From NCBI RefSeq assembly GCF_058153355.1, contig NZ_CM177019.1: a DNA stretch of 64,000 bases; one strand, 5' to 3'. A model generated the notes under the pieces. The model worked only from the letters and a program-made list of their open reading frames with translations. It was not told the origin of the DNA and ran no database searches. Shown here piece by piece: positions 24,825 through 35,290 of the stretch; the stretch's first letter is position 1; the number at the start of each line of letters is the position of its first letter. Made by a program: the position numbers and the translations under genes.

Positions 24825-25457
24825 ATGTCACTGAGCAGAACTCAAATTGTTAACTGGCTCACTCGCTGTGGAGAAATTTTCAGCACCGAGAGCGAGTATC
24901 TTACCGGACTGGATCGCGAAATTGGCGACGCTGACCACGGGCTAAATATGAACCGTGGCTTTAGCAAGGTGGTAGAAAAACTCCCTGCTATCGCAGATAA
25001 AGATATCGGTTTCATTCTCAAGAATACCGGCATGACGCTACTTTCCAGCGTCGGAGGTGCCAGTGGTCCGCTGTTCGGTACCTTCTTTATCCGCGCCGCA
25101 CAGACAACCCAGGCACGGCAAAGCCTGACGCTGGAAGAACTGTATCAGATGTTCCGCGATGGTGTAGACGGCGTAATCAGTCGCGGGAAAGCCGAACCTG
25201 GCGATAAAACCATGTGTGATGTCTGGGTGCCGGTGGTGGAATCGTTACGTCAGTCCAGCGAGCAAAATCTCTCTGTTCCGGTGGCGCTCGAAGCCGCCAG
25301 TAGCGTCGCTGAATCCGCTGCACAAAGTACGATTACGATGCAAGCCCGCAAAGGCCGCGCCAGTTATCTCGGTGAACGCAGTATTGGTCACCAGGATCCC
25401 GGCGCGACCTCCGTGATGTTTATGATGCAAATGCTGGCGTTAGCCGCAAAAGAGTAA
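24825..25457 (+). CDS. dhaL: Dihydroxyacetone kinase, ADP-binding subunit
   Basis: ORF track 236 aa; MSLSRTQIVNWL at ATG 24825 gives 210 aa. Confidence 0.95.
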   Translation: MSLSRTQIVNWLTRCGEIFSTESEYLTGLDREIGDADHGLNMNRGFSKVVEKLPAIADKDIGFILKNTGMTLLSSVGGASGPLFGTFFIRAAQTTQARQSLTLEELYQMFRDGVDGVISRGKAEPGDKTMCDVWVPVVESLRQSSEQNLSVPVALEAASSVAESAAQSTITMQARKGRASYLGERSIGHQDPGATSVMFMMQMLALAAKE

Positions 25458-25467
25458 GGAAATGGTG

Positions 25468-26886
25468 ATGGTAAACCTGGTCATAGTTTCACATAGCGCC
25501 CGACTGGGAGAAGGTGTCGGTGAATTAGCCCGTCAGATGTTAATGAGTGATAGCTGTAAAATCGCCATTGCCGCGGGAATTGACGATCCCCAAAATCCCA
25601 TTGGTACCGATGCCGTCAAAGTGATGGAGGCCATCGAGTCCGTTGCCGATGCCGACCATGTGCTGGTGATGATGGATATGGGTAGCGCATTATTGAGTGC
25701 TGAAACTGCACTGGAGTTGCTGGCCCCCGAGATCGCCGCAAAAGTACGTTTGTGTGCGGCACCGTTAGTCGAAGGTACACTGGCAGCAACAGTCAGCGCG
25801 GCCTCGGGAGCAGATATCGACAAAGTTATCTATGACGCCATGCATGCGCTGGAAGCCAAACGTGAACAACTGGGTTTACCGTCCTCCGACACCGAAATCG
25901 CTGACACATGTCCTCCGTACGATGAAGAAGCCCATTCTCTGGCCGTGGTCATTAAAAACCGTAACGGCCTTCATGTACGTCCGGCCTCCCGGCTGGTTTA
26001 TACCTTATCGACATTTAATGCCGATATGTTGCTGGAGAAAAACGGTAAATGCGTCACGCCGGAGAGTATTAACCAGATCGCGCTACTACAAGTCCGCTAT
26101 AACGATACGCTGCGCCTGATTGCGAAAGGGCCAGAAGCTGAAGAGGCGCTGGTTGCTTTCCGTCAGCTGGCTGAAGATAACTTTGGTGAAACGGAAGAAG
26201 TTGCTCCGCCTACTCAGCGGCCCATTCCGCCTGTTTCGGGTAAAGCCTTTTATTATCAACCAGTTTTATGTACGGTACAGGCAAAATCAACTCTGACCGT
26301 GGAAGAAGAACAAGAACGATTACGTCAGGCAATTGACTTCACGTTATTAGATCTGATGACGTTAACAGCGAAAGCAGAAGCGAGCGGGCTTGACGATATT
26401 GCCGCAATCTTTTCTGGTCACCATACACTGTTAGATGATCCAGAACTGCTGGCGGCGGCAAACGAATTTCTTCAGCATGAGCATTGCACAGCAGAATATG
26501 CCTGGCAGCACGTTCTTAAAGAACTAAGCCAGCAATACCAACAACTGGATGATGAATATTTACAGGCTCGCTATATCGATGTGGACGATCTTCTACATCG
26601 CACCCTAATCCACCTGACGCAAACGAAAGAAGAACTCCCGCAATTTAACTCGCCAACCATTTTACTGGCGGAGAACATTTATCCGTCCACGGTTCTGCAA
26701 CTGGATCCGGCGGTTGTAAAAGGGATCTGCCTTAGCACCGGAAGTCTGGTATCCCACAGTGCCCTAATCGCCCACGAACTGGGGATTGGCTGGATTTGCC
26801 AGCAGGGTGAGAAACTGTATGCGATACAACCTGAAGAAACGTTAACGCTGGACGTTAAAACGCAACGTTTCAGCCATCAGGGATAA
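25468..26886 (+). CDS. dhaM: Dihydroxyacetone kinase phosphotransferase subunit (EIIA-HPr-EI-like fusion)
   Basis: ORF track 474 aa; MVNLVIVSHS at ATG 25468 gives 472 aa. Confidence 0.95.
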   Translation: MVNLVIVSHSARLGEGVGELARQMLMSDSCKIAIAAGIDDPQNPIGTDAVKVMEAIESVADADHVLVMMDMGSALLSAETALELLAPEIAAKVRLCAAPLVEGTLAATVSAASGADIDKVIYDAMHALEAKREQLGLPSSDTEIADTCPPYDEEAHSLAVVIKNRNGLHVRPASRLVYTLSTFNADMLLEKNGKCVTPESINQIALLQVRYNDTLRLIAKGPEAEEALVAFRQLAEDNFGETEEVAPPTQRPIPPVSGKAFYYQPVLCTVQAKSTLTVEEEQERLRQAIDFTLLDLMTLTAKAEASGLDDIAAIFSGHHTLLDDPELLAAANEFLQHEHCTAEYAWQHVLKELSQQYQQLDDEYLQARYIDVDDLLHRTLIHLTQTKEELPQFNSPTILLAENIYPSTVLQLDPAVVKGICLSTGSLVSHSALIAHELGIGWICQQGEKLYAIQPEETLTLDVKTQRFSHQG

Positions 26887-26895
26887 ACCACCGTT

Positions 26896-26922
26896 CGGAT
26901 GGCATCGTTCTGATGCCATCCG
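26896..26922 (+). terminator. Hairpin after dhaM (probable terminator)
   Basis: Perfect 11-bp stem cggatggcatc/gatgccatccg with a 5-nt loop; T-rich tract about 20 nt downstream. Confidence 0.45.
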
Positions 26923-27203
26923 GCAATTTACTCTGCTCTGATATTTTTTAACTACCTGTTATATTTTTTACCAAATCATGATGATTTTTTCTGCGCTAAT
27001 CGCAAACCAAACGTCGCTGGCTGGCTAATAAACAGACGTTATTTAATCACTCTATTTCACCCTTATTTATCCCTTTAATCTCCTTTTCCAAAATGCCTGA
27101 CAGTTCGCAGAATGAGATTTCGATCATGCAGTTAGTGCGATCCTGAACTAAGGTTTTCTGATACTTGAATACCGTTTTGTTCGGTTTCGCCCAAGGAGAA
27201 TGA

Positions 27204-27643
27204 TTGATGAAAGCCACCGCCCCTCCTCGCCCGCAAAAAATAGCGTTAATTCCCGCCTGCGTTTTGTTGTGTTTCGCTGCGCTAGCGGTGCAGGCAGAAG
27301 AAACGCCAGTAACGCCACAGCCGCCTGATATTTTGTTAGGGCCGCTGTTTAACGATGTGCAAAACGCCAAACTTTTTCCGGACCAAAAGACCTTTGCTGA
27401 TGCCGTGCCGAACAGCGATCCGCTAATGATCCTTGCAGATTATCGAATGCAGCAAAACCAGAGCGGCTTTGATCTGCGCCATTTCGTTAACGTCAATTTC
27501 ACTCTGCCGAAAGAGGGAGAGAAATATGTTCCGCCAGAAGGGCAGTCGCTGCGCGAACATATTGACGGACTTTGGCCTGTATTAACGCGTTCTACCGAAA
27601 ACACCGAAAAATGGGATTCTCTGTTACCGCTGCCGGAACCTTA
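27204..27643 (+). pseudogene. treA: Periplasmic trehalase treA, 5' fragment (codons 1-146), interrupted by IS insertion
   Basis: ORF track 146 aa with signal peptide; the frame ends at a stop created at the IS junction (...LPLPEP then TAG at 27642-27644). Confidence 0.9.
27636..27643. repeat. Target-site duplication GAACCTTA (left copy)
   Basis: The 8 bp immediately left of the IS are identical to the 8 bp immediately right of it (30113-30120). Confidence 0.85.
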
Positions 27644-27673
27644 GTAAGCGGCTCGCCAGAACCGTATTGATAT

Positions 27674-29245
27674 TTACTGAGAGCTCAGATCAACTTTCCA
27701 GGGCAACAGATCGCGTACCCGGTTTGCCGGCCAGTCCTGGATATGTTCAATGACGTAACGCAGCCACTTTTCTGGCTCCACATTGTTCAGACGGCATGTG
27801 CCGATCAGCGAGTACAACACCGCAGCATGTTCACCACCGCTGTCAGAACCCGCGAAGAGCCAGTTTTTCCGGCCTACGGCCACTCCCCGTAAGGCGTTCT
27901 CTGCGATGTTGTTGTCGATTTCCACCCAGCCATTACTGCAGTACACGTTCAGTGCATCCCACTGTTTCAGCAGGTATGCGAACGCTTTTGCCGTGTCCGA
28001 GTGACGCGACAGTGTTTTCATCTGTTGCTGTATCCAGTCATACAGTGACTGCATCAGTGGCGCGGCTCTGGCTTTTCTTGCCGCCAGACGCTGTTCTGCT
28101 GAACAGCCCCGGACCTCTGCCTCGATGGCATACAGTTCACCGATACGCTGCAGGGCTTCCGTGGTGATGTCGGTGGGCACTCTTGCATGCACATCGTGGA
28201 TTTTTCTCCGGGCATGAGCCATACATGCGGCTTCCGTTATTCTGCCGGATTCGTACAACGCCCGGTAACCACCGTAAGCATCGGCCTGAAGCACTCCGCT
28301 GTAACCGGCCAGATGATTCTGTGGATGGATACCTTTCCGGTCCGGGCTGTACGCGAACCAGACCGCCGGAGGCATTTCCGAACCGGCGTTACGGTCATCA
28401 CGAACGTAGACCCACAGCCGGGCAGTCCTTGTTTTACCGCTGCCCGGCTCCTGGACCGGAACGGGGATATCATCGGCATGGACTTTACCGGGCATCAGCA
28501 CATACTGGCGCAGGATGTCATACAGCGGTTCCAGCAGTTCAGCAACAGCACCTGTCCAGCGCCCCAGTGTGGCACGGCTCAGCTCCACGCCCTGACGACG
28601 GTATATTTCTGACTGGCGGTATAACGGCAGATGGTCTGCATATTTTCCAGCGACAACATGGGCCAGAAGCCCCGCTCCGGCATAACTGCGTGCAATGGGT
28701 TTTGAAGGCACCGGAGCCTGCACGATATGGTCGCACCGGCAACAGGCCAGTTTCGGACGTTGTGTTTCGATAACCTTAAAGGCGCTGCTGATAAGCTCCA
28801 GTTGCTCTGACACATCACATCCCAGAGAACTGAGTTCGCCACCACAGGCCGGGCAGCATTCCTCTTCCGGACGGATGACCCGGGTTTCACGGGGAAGTGA
28901 GGCAGGTAACGGTTTACGGGCTGAAGACTGGCGCAGGGGAGATGGCAGTACCGGGTCATATTGCTCACCCAGCGTTTCCGCCATTTCTTCCTGAAGAGCG
29001 CTGATTCGCTCCTGTGCTTCCTGTATCTGCCGTTCGGTTTTTGCACGAAGTTTTTCTGAGCTTTTACCGAACTGCATGCGCTGCAGTTTTGCAACCAGCG
29101 CCTTCAGCCGGTTGATTTCGGAAGCATAAGCCGCCACCCGCTGTGAGAGCAGGCGGTTGTATTTCGCCATCTGGCGGATGGTGTCCTGTTGCGTCTGCAA
29201 CAGTGCCCGCAGGCGGGCATTCTCATGAGCAAGTGAGGTGTCCAT
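27674..29245 (-). CDS. IS66-family transposase (orf3/TnpC)
   Basis: ORF track 523 aa; N-terminal coiled-coil/leucine zipper then a CxxC region, as I recall for IS66 transposases. Confidence 0.85.
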   Translation of the reverse strand: MDTSLAHENARLRALLQTQQDTIRQMAKYNRLLSQRVAAYASEINRLKALVAKLQRMQFGKSSEKLRAKTERQIQEAQERISALQEEMAETLGEQYDPVLPSPLRQSSARKPLPASLPRETRVIRPEEECCPACGGELSSLGCDVSEQLELISSAFKVIETQRPKLACCRCDHIVQAPVPSKPIARSYAGAGLLAHVVAGKYADHLPLYRQSEIYRRQGVELSRATLGRWTGAVAELLEPLYDILRQYVLMPGKVHADDIPVPVQEPGSGKTRTARLWVYVRDDRNAGSEMPPAVWFAYSPDRKGIHPQNHLAGYSGVLQADAYGGYRALYESGRITEAACMAHARRKIHDVHARVPTDITTEALQRIGELYAIEAEVRGCSAEQRLAARKARAAPLMQSLYDWIQQQMKTLSRHSDTAKAFAYLLKQWDALNVYCSNGWVEIDNNIAENALRGVAVGRKNWLFAGSDSGGEHAAVLYSLIGTCRLNNVEPEKWLRYVIEHIQDWPANRVRDLLPWKVDLSSQ

Positions 29246-29264
29246 ATCCTCACTTTACAACGGG

Positions 29265-29612
29265 TTATATGCGGATGCCAGCGCGTTCCGTTCGTTTCGG
29301 GTGTTTCCAGTCGATGCCCTCAAGAAGCATGGATAACTGGGCCGGAGTAAGGTGCACCTTGCCGTCACGGGTGACCGGCCAGACGAAGCGGCCCCGCTCC
29401 AGGCGTCTGGTGAAGAGGCACAGTCCGTCACTGTCAGCCCACAACACTTTTATCTGGTCACCCCGGCGTCCGCGGAAGATGAACAGATGCCCGGAGAACG
29501 GGTCATCCTTCAGGACGTTCTGAACTTTTGAGGCCAGGCCGTTAAAGCCATTTCGCATATCGGTGATACCTGCAACCAGCCAGATACGCGAACCTGCAGG
29601 GAGAGATATCAC
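29265..29612 (-). CDS. IS66 Orf2 (TnpB-like accessory protein)
   Basis: ORF track 115 aa; MISLPAGSRIWLVAGITDMRNGFNGLA... recognised as IS66 orf2 type; overlaps orf1 by 4 bp. Confidence 0.85.
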   Translation of the reverse strand: MISLPAGSRIWLVAGITDMRNGFNGLASKVQNVLKDDPFSGHLFIFRGRRGDQIKVLWADSDGLCLFTRRLERGRFVWPVTRDGKVHLTPAQLSMLLEGIDWKHPKRTERAGIRI

Positions 29613-30037
29613 CGTCTCAGCTCCTGTATAAGCAAGGACAGCAGATTTTCATTCACTGCCCCGTTCAACCGAAGGGTGCCGTTTCTGAACGTAATCTCAC
29701 AGGAGATGCTGTGTATTTCCGGTGTTACTGACGGTCTTGCGGTCAGTGGCTCATTAGCCGGAGCAGTTGGGAGTTGGGCATCAATAGTGACAGGAATTAA
29801 CTGAGATTCTCTGCCTGATTCTGATGATGGCAATTTTATCTTCCCCTGCCGCCATTTCTGACGCCATTTGAACAACAGATTGGCATTAATACCATTGTCC
29901 AGGGCCAGTCTGGAAATTGAAACACCTGGCTGGAATGATGCTTCTATGAGTCGTTGTTTGAATTCAGGAGGATAATTCAGGCACCCTTTAGGCCTTCCCG
30001 GAGAGGCATTTTTTTGTATATCTGACATTTTTATCAC
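29609..30037 (-). CDS. IS66 Orf1 (TnpA-like accessory protein)
   Basis: ORF track 142 aa; helix-turn-helix-like N-terminus (PEFKQRLIEASFQPGVSISRLALDNGINANLLFKWRQ). Confidence 0.8.
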   Translation of the reverse strand: MIKMSDIQKNASPGRPKGCLNYPPEFKQRLIEASFQPGVSISRLALDNGINANLLFKWRQKWRQGKIKLPSSESGRESQLIPVTIDAQLPTAPANEPLTARPSVTPEIHSISCEITFRNGTLRLNGAVNENLLSLLIQELRR

Positions 30038-30112
30038 CCACTATTAATTTAGTGGTGGATACTTTGTCCAAAGCATCGGGAATTTGCCAGACGGTCCTGA
30101 TAAGACGCTTAC

Positions 30113-30120
30113 GAACCTTA
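30113..30120. repeat. Target-site duplication GAACCTTA (right copy)
   Basis: Identical to 27636-27643. Confidence 0.85.
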
Positions 30121-31381
30121 TGTCGTGCCGGGCGGACGTTTTCGCGAGGTATATTACTGGGACAGTTACTTCACCATGTTAGGGCTTGCCGAAAGCGACC
30201 ACTGGGATAAAGTTGCGGATATGGTGGCCAATTTTGCTCATGAAATAGACACTTACGGGCATATTCCCAACGGCAACCGCAGTTACTATTTAAGCCGCTC
30301 GCAACCGCCCTTCTTTGCCCTGATGGTAGAGTTACTGGCGCAGCATGAAGGCGATGCCGCGTTGAAGCAATACCTGCCGCAAATGCAAAAAGAATATGCT
30401 TACTGGATGGACGGTGTTGAAAACCTGCAAGCCGGACAACAGGAAAAACGCGTTGTCAAACTTCAGGATGGTACCCTTCTCAACCGCTACTGGGACGATC
30501 GCGATACGCCACGACCAGAGTCATGGGTGGAAGATATTGCCACCGCCAAAAGCAATCCGAACCGGCCTGCCACTGAAATTTACCGCGACCTGCGCTCTGC
30601 CGCTGCGTCTGGCTGGGATTTCAGCTCGCGCTGGATGGACAATCCGCAGCAGTTAAACACCTTACGCACCACCAGCATCGTACCGGTCGATCTGAACAGC
30701 TTGATGTTCAAAATGGAAAAAAACCTCGCCCGCGCCAGCAAAGCTGCCGGAGATAACGCGATGGCAAACCAGTACGAAACGCTGGCAAATGCCCGTCAAA
30801 AAGGGATCGAAAAATACCTGTGGAACGATCAACAAGGCTGGTATGCCGATTACGACCTGAAAAGTCATAAAGTGCGCAATCAGTTAACCGCTGCCGCCCT
30901 ATTCCCGCTGTACGTCAATGCGGCAGCGAAAGATCGCGCCAACAAAATGGCAACGGCAACGAAAACACATCTGCTGCAACCCGGCGGCCTGAACACCACG
31001 TCGGTGAAAAGTGGGCAACAATGGGATGCACCAAATGGCTGGGCACCGTTGCAGTGGGTCGCGACGGAAGGATTACAAAACTACGGGCAAAAAGAGGTGG
31101 CGATGGACATTAGCTGGCACTTCCTTACCAATGTTCAGCACACCTATGACCGGGAGAAAAAGCTGGTGGAAAAATATGATGTCAGCACCACCGGAACAGG
31201 GGGCGGCGGTGGCGAATATCCATTACAGGATGGCTTTGGCTGGACCAATGGCGTGACGCTGAAAATGCTGGATTTGATCTGCCCGAAAGAGCAACCGTGT
31301 GACAATGTTCCGGCGACGCGTCCACTCAGTGAATCAACAACACAGCCGCTAAAACAAAAAGAGGCGGAACCTACGCCTTAA
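30113..31381 (+). pseudogene. treA: Periplasmic trehalase treA, 3' fragment (about 420 codons), separated from its promoter and 5' end
   Basis: Reading through the duplicated GAACCTTA restores the frame ...[27 protein letters not shown] track 30125..31381 covers it. Confidence 0.9.
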
Positions 31382-31395
31382 CTTTACTGTATATC

Positions 31396-31438
31396 GAGCA
31401 ATGCCATTACGTGCATAAAATTGGCATTGCTCTTTCTT
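31396..31438 (+). terminator. Rho-independent terminator after treA
   Basis: Perfect 11-bp stem gagcaatgcca/tggcattgctc with a 15-nt loop followed by tttctt. Confidence 0.6.
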
Positions 31439-31710
31439 CATCACGAAATACCACTCTTTCTACAGTCTATGCCTTTATTTTCTTTTATTAGGGAAGATTT
31501 TAATTTTATTTTATCAACTTGTTAATCATTACACCTCTATTTATATTTTCCCCCACTCCCCATTCTCCCTGACAATTTTCTTGTGGAACAAAGTGTTATT
31601 TAAGAAACAAGCAAATCATTCTGTCTCTTTAGACAAATTTTGACATCAAACATGATCTTTTTCGCTATATGTGTAAGTATATAGCGGTTTTAATTATCAG
31701 GATATTACTT

Positions 31711-32733
31711 ATGTCACTAACCAGACGGAGGTTTACACAGATTCTTGCGTCGACATTGTTCCTGCATCATCTGCCGTCCTTTGCACAATCAGTCAAATTC
31801 TGGGCCTCACTGACGCTTCCCGAAGCCCAAAACATTACACGCATCGTCAGCGCAGGCGCGCCCGCCGATTTACTATTGCTGGCTGTCGCGCCAGAAAAAA
31901 TGGTCGGTTTTTCCTCTTTTGATTTTGCCCGTCAGGCATTAATTCCATTGCCAGAGCACATTCGCCAGTTCCCCAGGCTGGGACGACTCGCCGGGCGCGC
32001 CAGCACACTCTCGCTGGAAGGGCTTATGGCATTACATCCCGATTTGGTCGTTGATTGCGGCAATACGGATGAAACCTGGATCTCCCAGGCACGGCAGGTT
32101 AGCGAACAGACACAAATACCCTGGTTATTGCTTAACGGGAAACTGGAACAATCAGCAGAACAGTTAACAACGCTTGGCAAAACGTTAGGCGAAGAGCACC
32201 GCGCCGCAGAACAAGCCAATCTCGCCAGCCGCTTCGTTGGTGAAGCTCAGGCATTCGCCACCTCACCCGCCGCTAACCTCAGCTTTTATGCTGCGCGCGG
32301 TCCTCGAGGGCTGGAAACGGGCTTACAGGATTCGTTGCATACCGAGGCGGCGGAATTATTAGGTTTGCACAACGTCGCGCAAATAGCCGATCGCCACGGT
32401 CTGACACAGGTTTCCATGGAAAATCTCCTGCGCTGGCAGCCGGATATTATTCTGGTTCAGGAGGCCGTTACTGCAGATTTTATTCGTCGTGATCCTCTCT
32501 GGCAGGGCGTGAAAGCGGTTGCGGAACAACGCATCTTATTTTTAAGTGGCCTGCCCTTTGGCTGGCTGGATGCCCCGCCGGGAATCAACCGTCTTCTGGG
32601 ATTACGCAGACTTCACGCCTGGCTGGATCCCGCCATCAATCGCCAGTTTAAAAGTGACATGCAGCATTACGCCCAACTGTTCTGGCATTGTTCACTCAGT
32701 GACGCCGACTATCAAAAATTGGTGGCGAGCTAA
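31711..32733 (+). CDS. Periplasmic substrate-binding protein of an iron-chelate/cobalamin-type (FecB/BtuF/FhuD class) ABC transporter
   Basis: ORF track 354 aa; probable start at ATG 31711 (MSLTRRRFTQILASTLFLHH..., twin-arginine-like signal); family assigned from overall sequence character and operon context. Confidence 0.7.
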   Translation: MSLTRRRFTQILASTLFLHHLPSFAQSVKFWASLTLPEAQNITRIVSAGAPADLLLLAVAPEKMVGFSSFDFARQALIPLPEHIRQFPRLGRLAGRASTLSLEGLMALHPDLVVDCGNTDETWISQARQVSEQTQIPWLLLNGKLEQSAEQLTTLGKTLGEEHRAAEQANLASRFVGEAQAFATSPAANLSFYAARGPRGLETGLQDSLHTEAAELLGLHNVAQIADRHGLTQVSMENLLRWQPDIILVQEAVTADFIRRDPLWQGVKAVAEQRILFLSGLPFGWLDAPPGINRLLGLRRLHAWLDPAINRQFKSDMQHYAQLFWHCSLSDADYQKLVAS

Positions 32734-33713
32734 TGAGAACCGTAAACGGATGTATTTTGCTGCTGGCAGCTATCAGTATCACTTTTGCCGCCGTAAGTGG
32801 GGCTTATCATCTCGATATGCAGCAACTGCTGGCGCTCATTCTTCGTCAAGAAAATGTTCCTGTGCAGGAACAAATTGTCTTCTGGCAAATCCGCGTGCCG
32901 CGTATTCTTGCTGCGCTGTTTCTGGGCGCGGCGCTGGCAGGGGCCGGAACCACCTATCAGGGAATGTTCCGTAATCCCTTAGTGTCACCGGATATTTTAG
33001 GCGTCTCCGCCGGTGCCGGACTTGGTGCCTGCGCGGCAATCCTGTGGGGATTATCCATTGTTTACATCCAGCTGTACGCATTTTGCGGCGGGCTGATGGT
33101 GGTCGCGGGCGTCTGGTTGATTACGCGTCGGGTGACCCGCCACGATCCGATCTTAACCCTGGTGCTGGTAGGCATTGCGTTAGGAACGTTGTGCGGAGCG
33201 GGGATATCGCTAATAAAAACGCTGGCCGATCCTTACACCCAGTTACCGTCAATTACCTTCTGGTTGCTGGGGGGGCTGTCCACCGTGACCTTACGCGATC
33301 TCTGCTATGCTGCACCGATCATTCTCATAGGCTCCTTGCCCCTGTTTTTTCTCCGCTGGCGCATGAATTTACTCACGCTTTCCGACGACGAAGCCCATTC
33401 GCTGGGACTGAACGTGACACGTCTGCGCTTTGGATTAATTGTCTGCGCCACACTCATCACCGCCAGCACGGTAGCAATAGCGGGCATAATTGGTTGGGTC
33501 GGCCTGGTCGTTCCGCACATTGCCCGCTTGTTGACCGGTCATAACCATCAGCAGCTGTTGCCCATGGCAATGTGTACTGGCGCGATTCTGCTCCTGCTTA
33601 CCGATACGCTGGCACGCAGCATTGGAACAACAGAAATCCCACTTGGCATTCTGACCGCTTTTGTTGGTGCACCGTTTTTCCTGTTTTTGTTGTTACGCGG
33701 AGGTCGCCAGTGA
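32733..33713 (+). CDS. ABC transporter permease, FecCD/BtuC family
   Basis: ORF track 326 aa, polytopic hydrophobic; start overlaps the upstream stop; stop overlaps the ATPase start. Confidence 0.8.
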   Translation: MRTVNGCILLLAAISITFAAVSGAYHLDMQQLLALILRQENVPVQEQIVFWQIRVPRILAALFLGAALAGAGTTYQGMFRNPLVSPDILGVSAGAGLGACAAILWGLSIVYIQLYAFCGGLMVVAGVWLITRRVTRHDPILTLVLVGIALGTLCGAGISLIKTLADPYTQLPSITFWLLGGLSTVTLRDLCYAAPIILIGSLPLFFLRWRMNLLTLSDDEAHSLGLNVTRLRFGLIVCATLITASTVAIAGIIGWVGLVVPHIARLLTGHNHQQLLPMAMCTGAILLLLTDTLARSIGTTEIPLGILTAFVGAPFFLFLLLRGGRQ

Positions 33714-34468
33714 CTTTGCTTGCCGTCCGTCATGCGTCTCTGGGTTACTCCCGCCATCCGGTGCTACGCGACGTGTCCTTCACCCTGTCGCAAGGAACAA
33801 TTTGTTGTCTGTTAGGAGCCAATGGTTGCGGCAAAACCACACTCATGCGCTCCATTCTTGGCGTTATACCGTTATTAAAAGGCGAGATCTTACTGGATAG
33901 CCTCCCTGTGCAGACACTCAGCCATCGCCAGCGCGCGCAGGCTATTGCCTGGGTGCCGCAGGCGCACGACGGCATTTTTGCTTTTAGTGTGCTGGATATG
34001 GTGTTGATGGGCCTGGCCCCCACCATAGGCGCTTTTTCCGTTCCCGGTAAGCAAGAACGCCTGAAAGCAACGGAGCAACTGGAAAAGCTGGGCATTTTGC
34101 ATCTGGCGACACGACGCTGGAATACACTTAGCGGCGGTGAACGTCAGCTGGCTTTAATCGCCCGTGCACTCGTCCAGCAACCGCGCTTGTTATTACTGGA
34201 TGAGCCTGCCTCCAGCCTCGATTTCGGTCATCAGATCCAACTACTGGACACGCTGGCGCAGCTCAAAAATAACGGCATGACAATGCTAATGTCGACTCAT
34301 CATCCGCTCCATGCCAACGCCATTGCCGACAGCATTATCCAGGTAGAGCCAGATGGACGAGTAACACAAGGCTTACCGACCGAACAGTTAACAACGAACA
34401 AACTGGCTGCCCTGTATCGGGTTTCTGCCGACCAGATTCATCATCACCTCTCTGCAATTAGCCACTAA
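33710..34468 (+). CDS. ABC transporter ATP-binding protein (FecE/BtuD-like)
   Basis: GTG 33710 preceded by GGAGG; Walker A GANGCGKTT, signature LSGGERQ, Walker B LLLLDEP; about 252 aa. The ORF-track version (33572..34468) includes a spurious upstream extension. Confidence 0.85.
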   Translation: MTLLAVRHASLGYSRHPVLRDVSFTLSQGTICCLLGANGCGKTTLMRSILGVIPLLKGEILLDSLPVQTLSHRQRAQAIAWVPQAHDGIFAFSVLDMVLMGLAPTIGAFSVPGKQERLKATEQLEKLGILHLATRRWNTLSGGERQLALIARALVQQPRLLLLDEPASSLDFGHQIQLLDTLAQLKNNGMTMLMSTHHPLHANAIADSIIQVEPDGRVTQGLPTEQLTTNKLAALYRVSADQIHHHLSAISH

Positions 34469-34477
34469 GGAACAATC

Positions 34478-35290
34478 ATGCTCATTGATGATATTGATTT
34501 TGCGGACCTTTACCTGCAGCAACTCAAGCTGGCCCACCGCACAGAAAAAACGCCGGATCACTGGGATCAACGGGCGGAAAAAATGGCGGAAAATTGCGCC
34601 TCGCCTACGGACAGCTACCTGCAACAACTGACCGCTAAAATTGATCTGCAAGGCGCGCAGACCTTATTCGATATGGGCTGCGGACCGGGTACCGTATCGC
34701 TGGCGCTGGCTGACAAACTCACGACGATTTATGGCGTTGATTACAGTCAGGGGATGCTGAAGGTTGCCGCCCGTCGCGCCGCCGCGCTAAAGGCAGACAA
34801 TGTCCACTGGATCCAGCGCGCATGGGAAGAGGACTGGAGTGACCTGCCACGCTGCGATATTGCCGTGGCTTCCCGCTCCACTCTGGTGGCTGATATGCGC
34901 CAGGCAATGAGCAAACTGAATAATCAGGCACGGCTTCGCGTCTATACGACTCATCTGGTCAGCACCTCGTTCGTCTCTCCAGCCATTCAGCGGGCGGCTG
35001 GTCGGGAAGTGATCGAATTACCCAACTATATCTTTGCGCTCAACGTCCTGTATCAGATGGGAATTTATGCTCACGTTGATTTTATCCGTGGACAAAATTG
35101 CCAACAGGATAACAGCACCTGGGAACGTTTTGAGCAGAACGTCAGCTGGAGTCTGGGCGCGCTTAACGACGATGAGCGTGAGCGGTTATATCGCTGGTAT
35201 CAACAACAAGATGCTCGTGCCCTCGCCCCTGCCAGCCGCGACTGGGCGCTCATCTGGTGGGATAGCGTACCGCAAGAGGCACTGCGATGA
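34478..35290 (+). CDS. Class I SAM-dependent methyltransferase
   Basis: ORF track 270 aa; motif I LFDMGCGPGTVSLALA; substrate unknown. Confidence 0.7.
   Translation: MLIDDIDFADLYLQQLKLAHRTEKTPDHWDQRAEKMAENCASPTDSYLQQLTAKIDLQGAQTLFDMGCGPGTVSLALADKLTTIYGVDYSQGMLKVAARRAAALKADNVHWIQRAWEEDWSDLPRCDIAVASRSTLVADMRQAMSKLNNQARLRVYTTHLVSTSFVSPAIQRAAGREVIELPNYIFALNVLYQMGIYAHVDFIRGQNCQQDNSTWERFEQNVSWSLGALNDDERERLYRWYQQQDARALAPASRDWALIWWDSVPQEALR

Larger units (their letters stand above)
27644..30112 (-). mobile_element. IS66-family insertion sequence (about 2.47 kb) with three ORFs (tnpA-like, tnpB-like, DDE transposase)
   Basis: Ends begin GTAAGCG on both sides (imperfect terminal inverted repeats of about 22 bp); three-ORF organisation typical of IS66; flanked by an 8-bp direct duplication; sits inside treA. 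Confidence 0.9.

Noticed and set aside
31440-31710. Fur box upstream of the transport locus
   Set aside because: Only partial matches to GATAATGATAATCATTATC by eye; not reported as a feature. Kept as a finding about its absence, pending a PWM scan.
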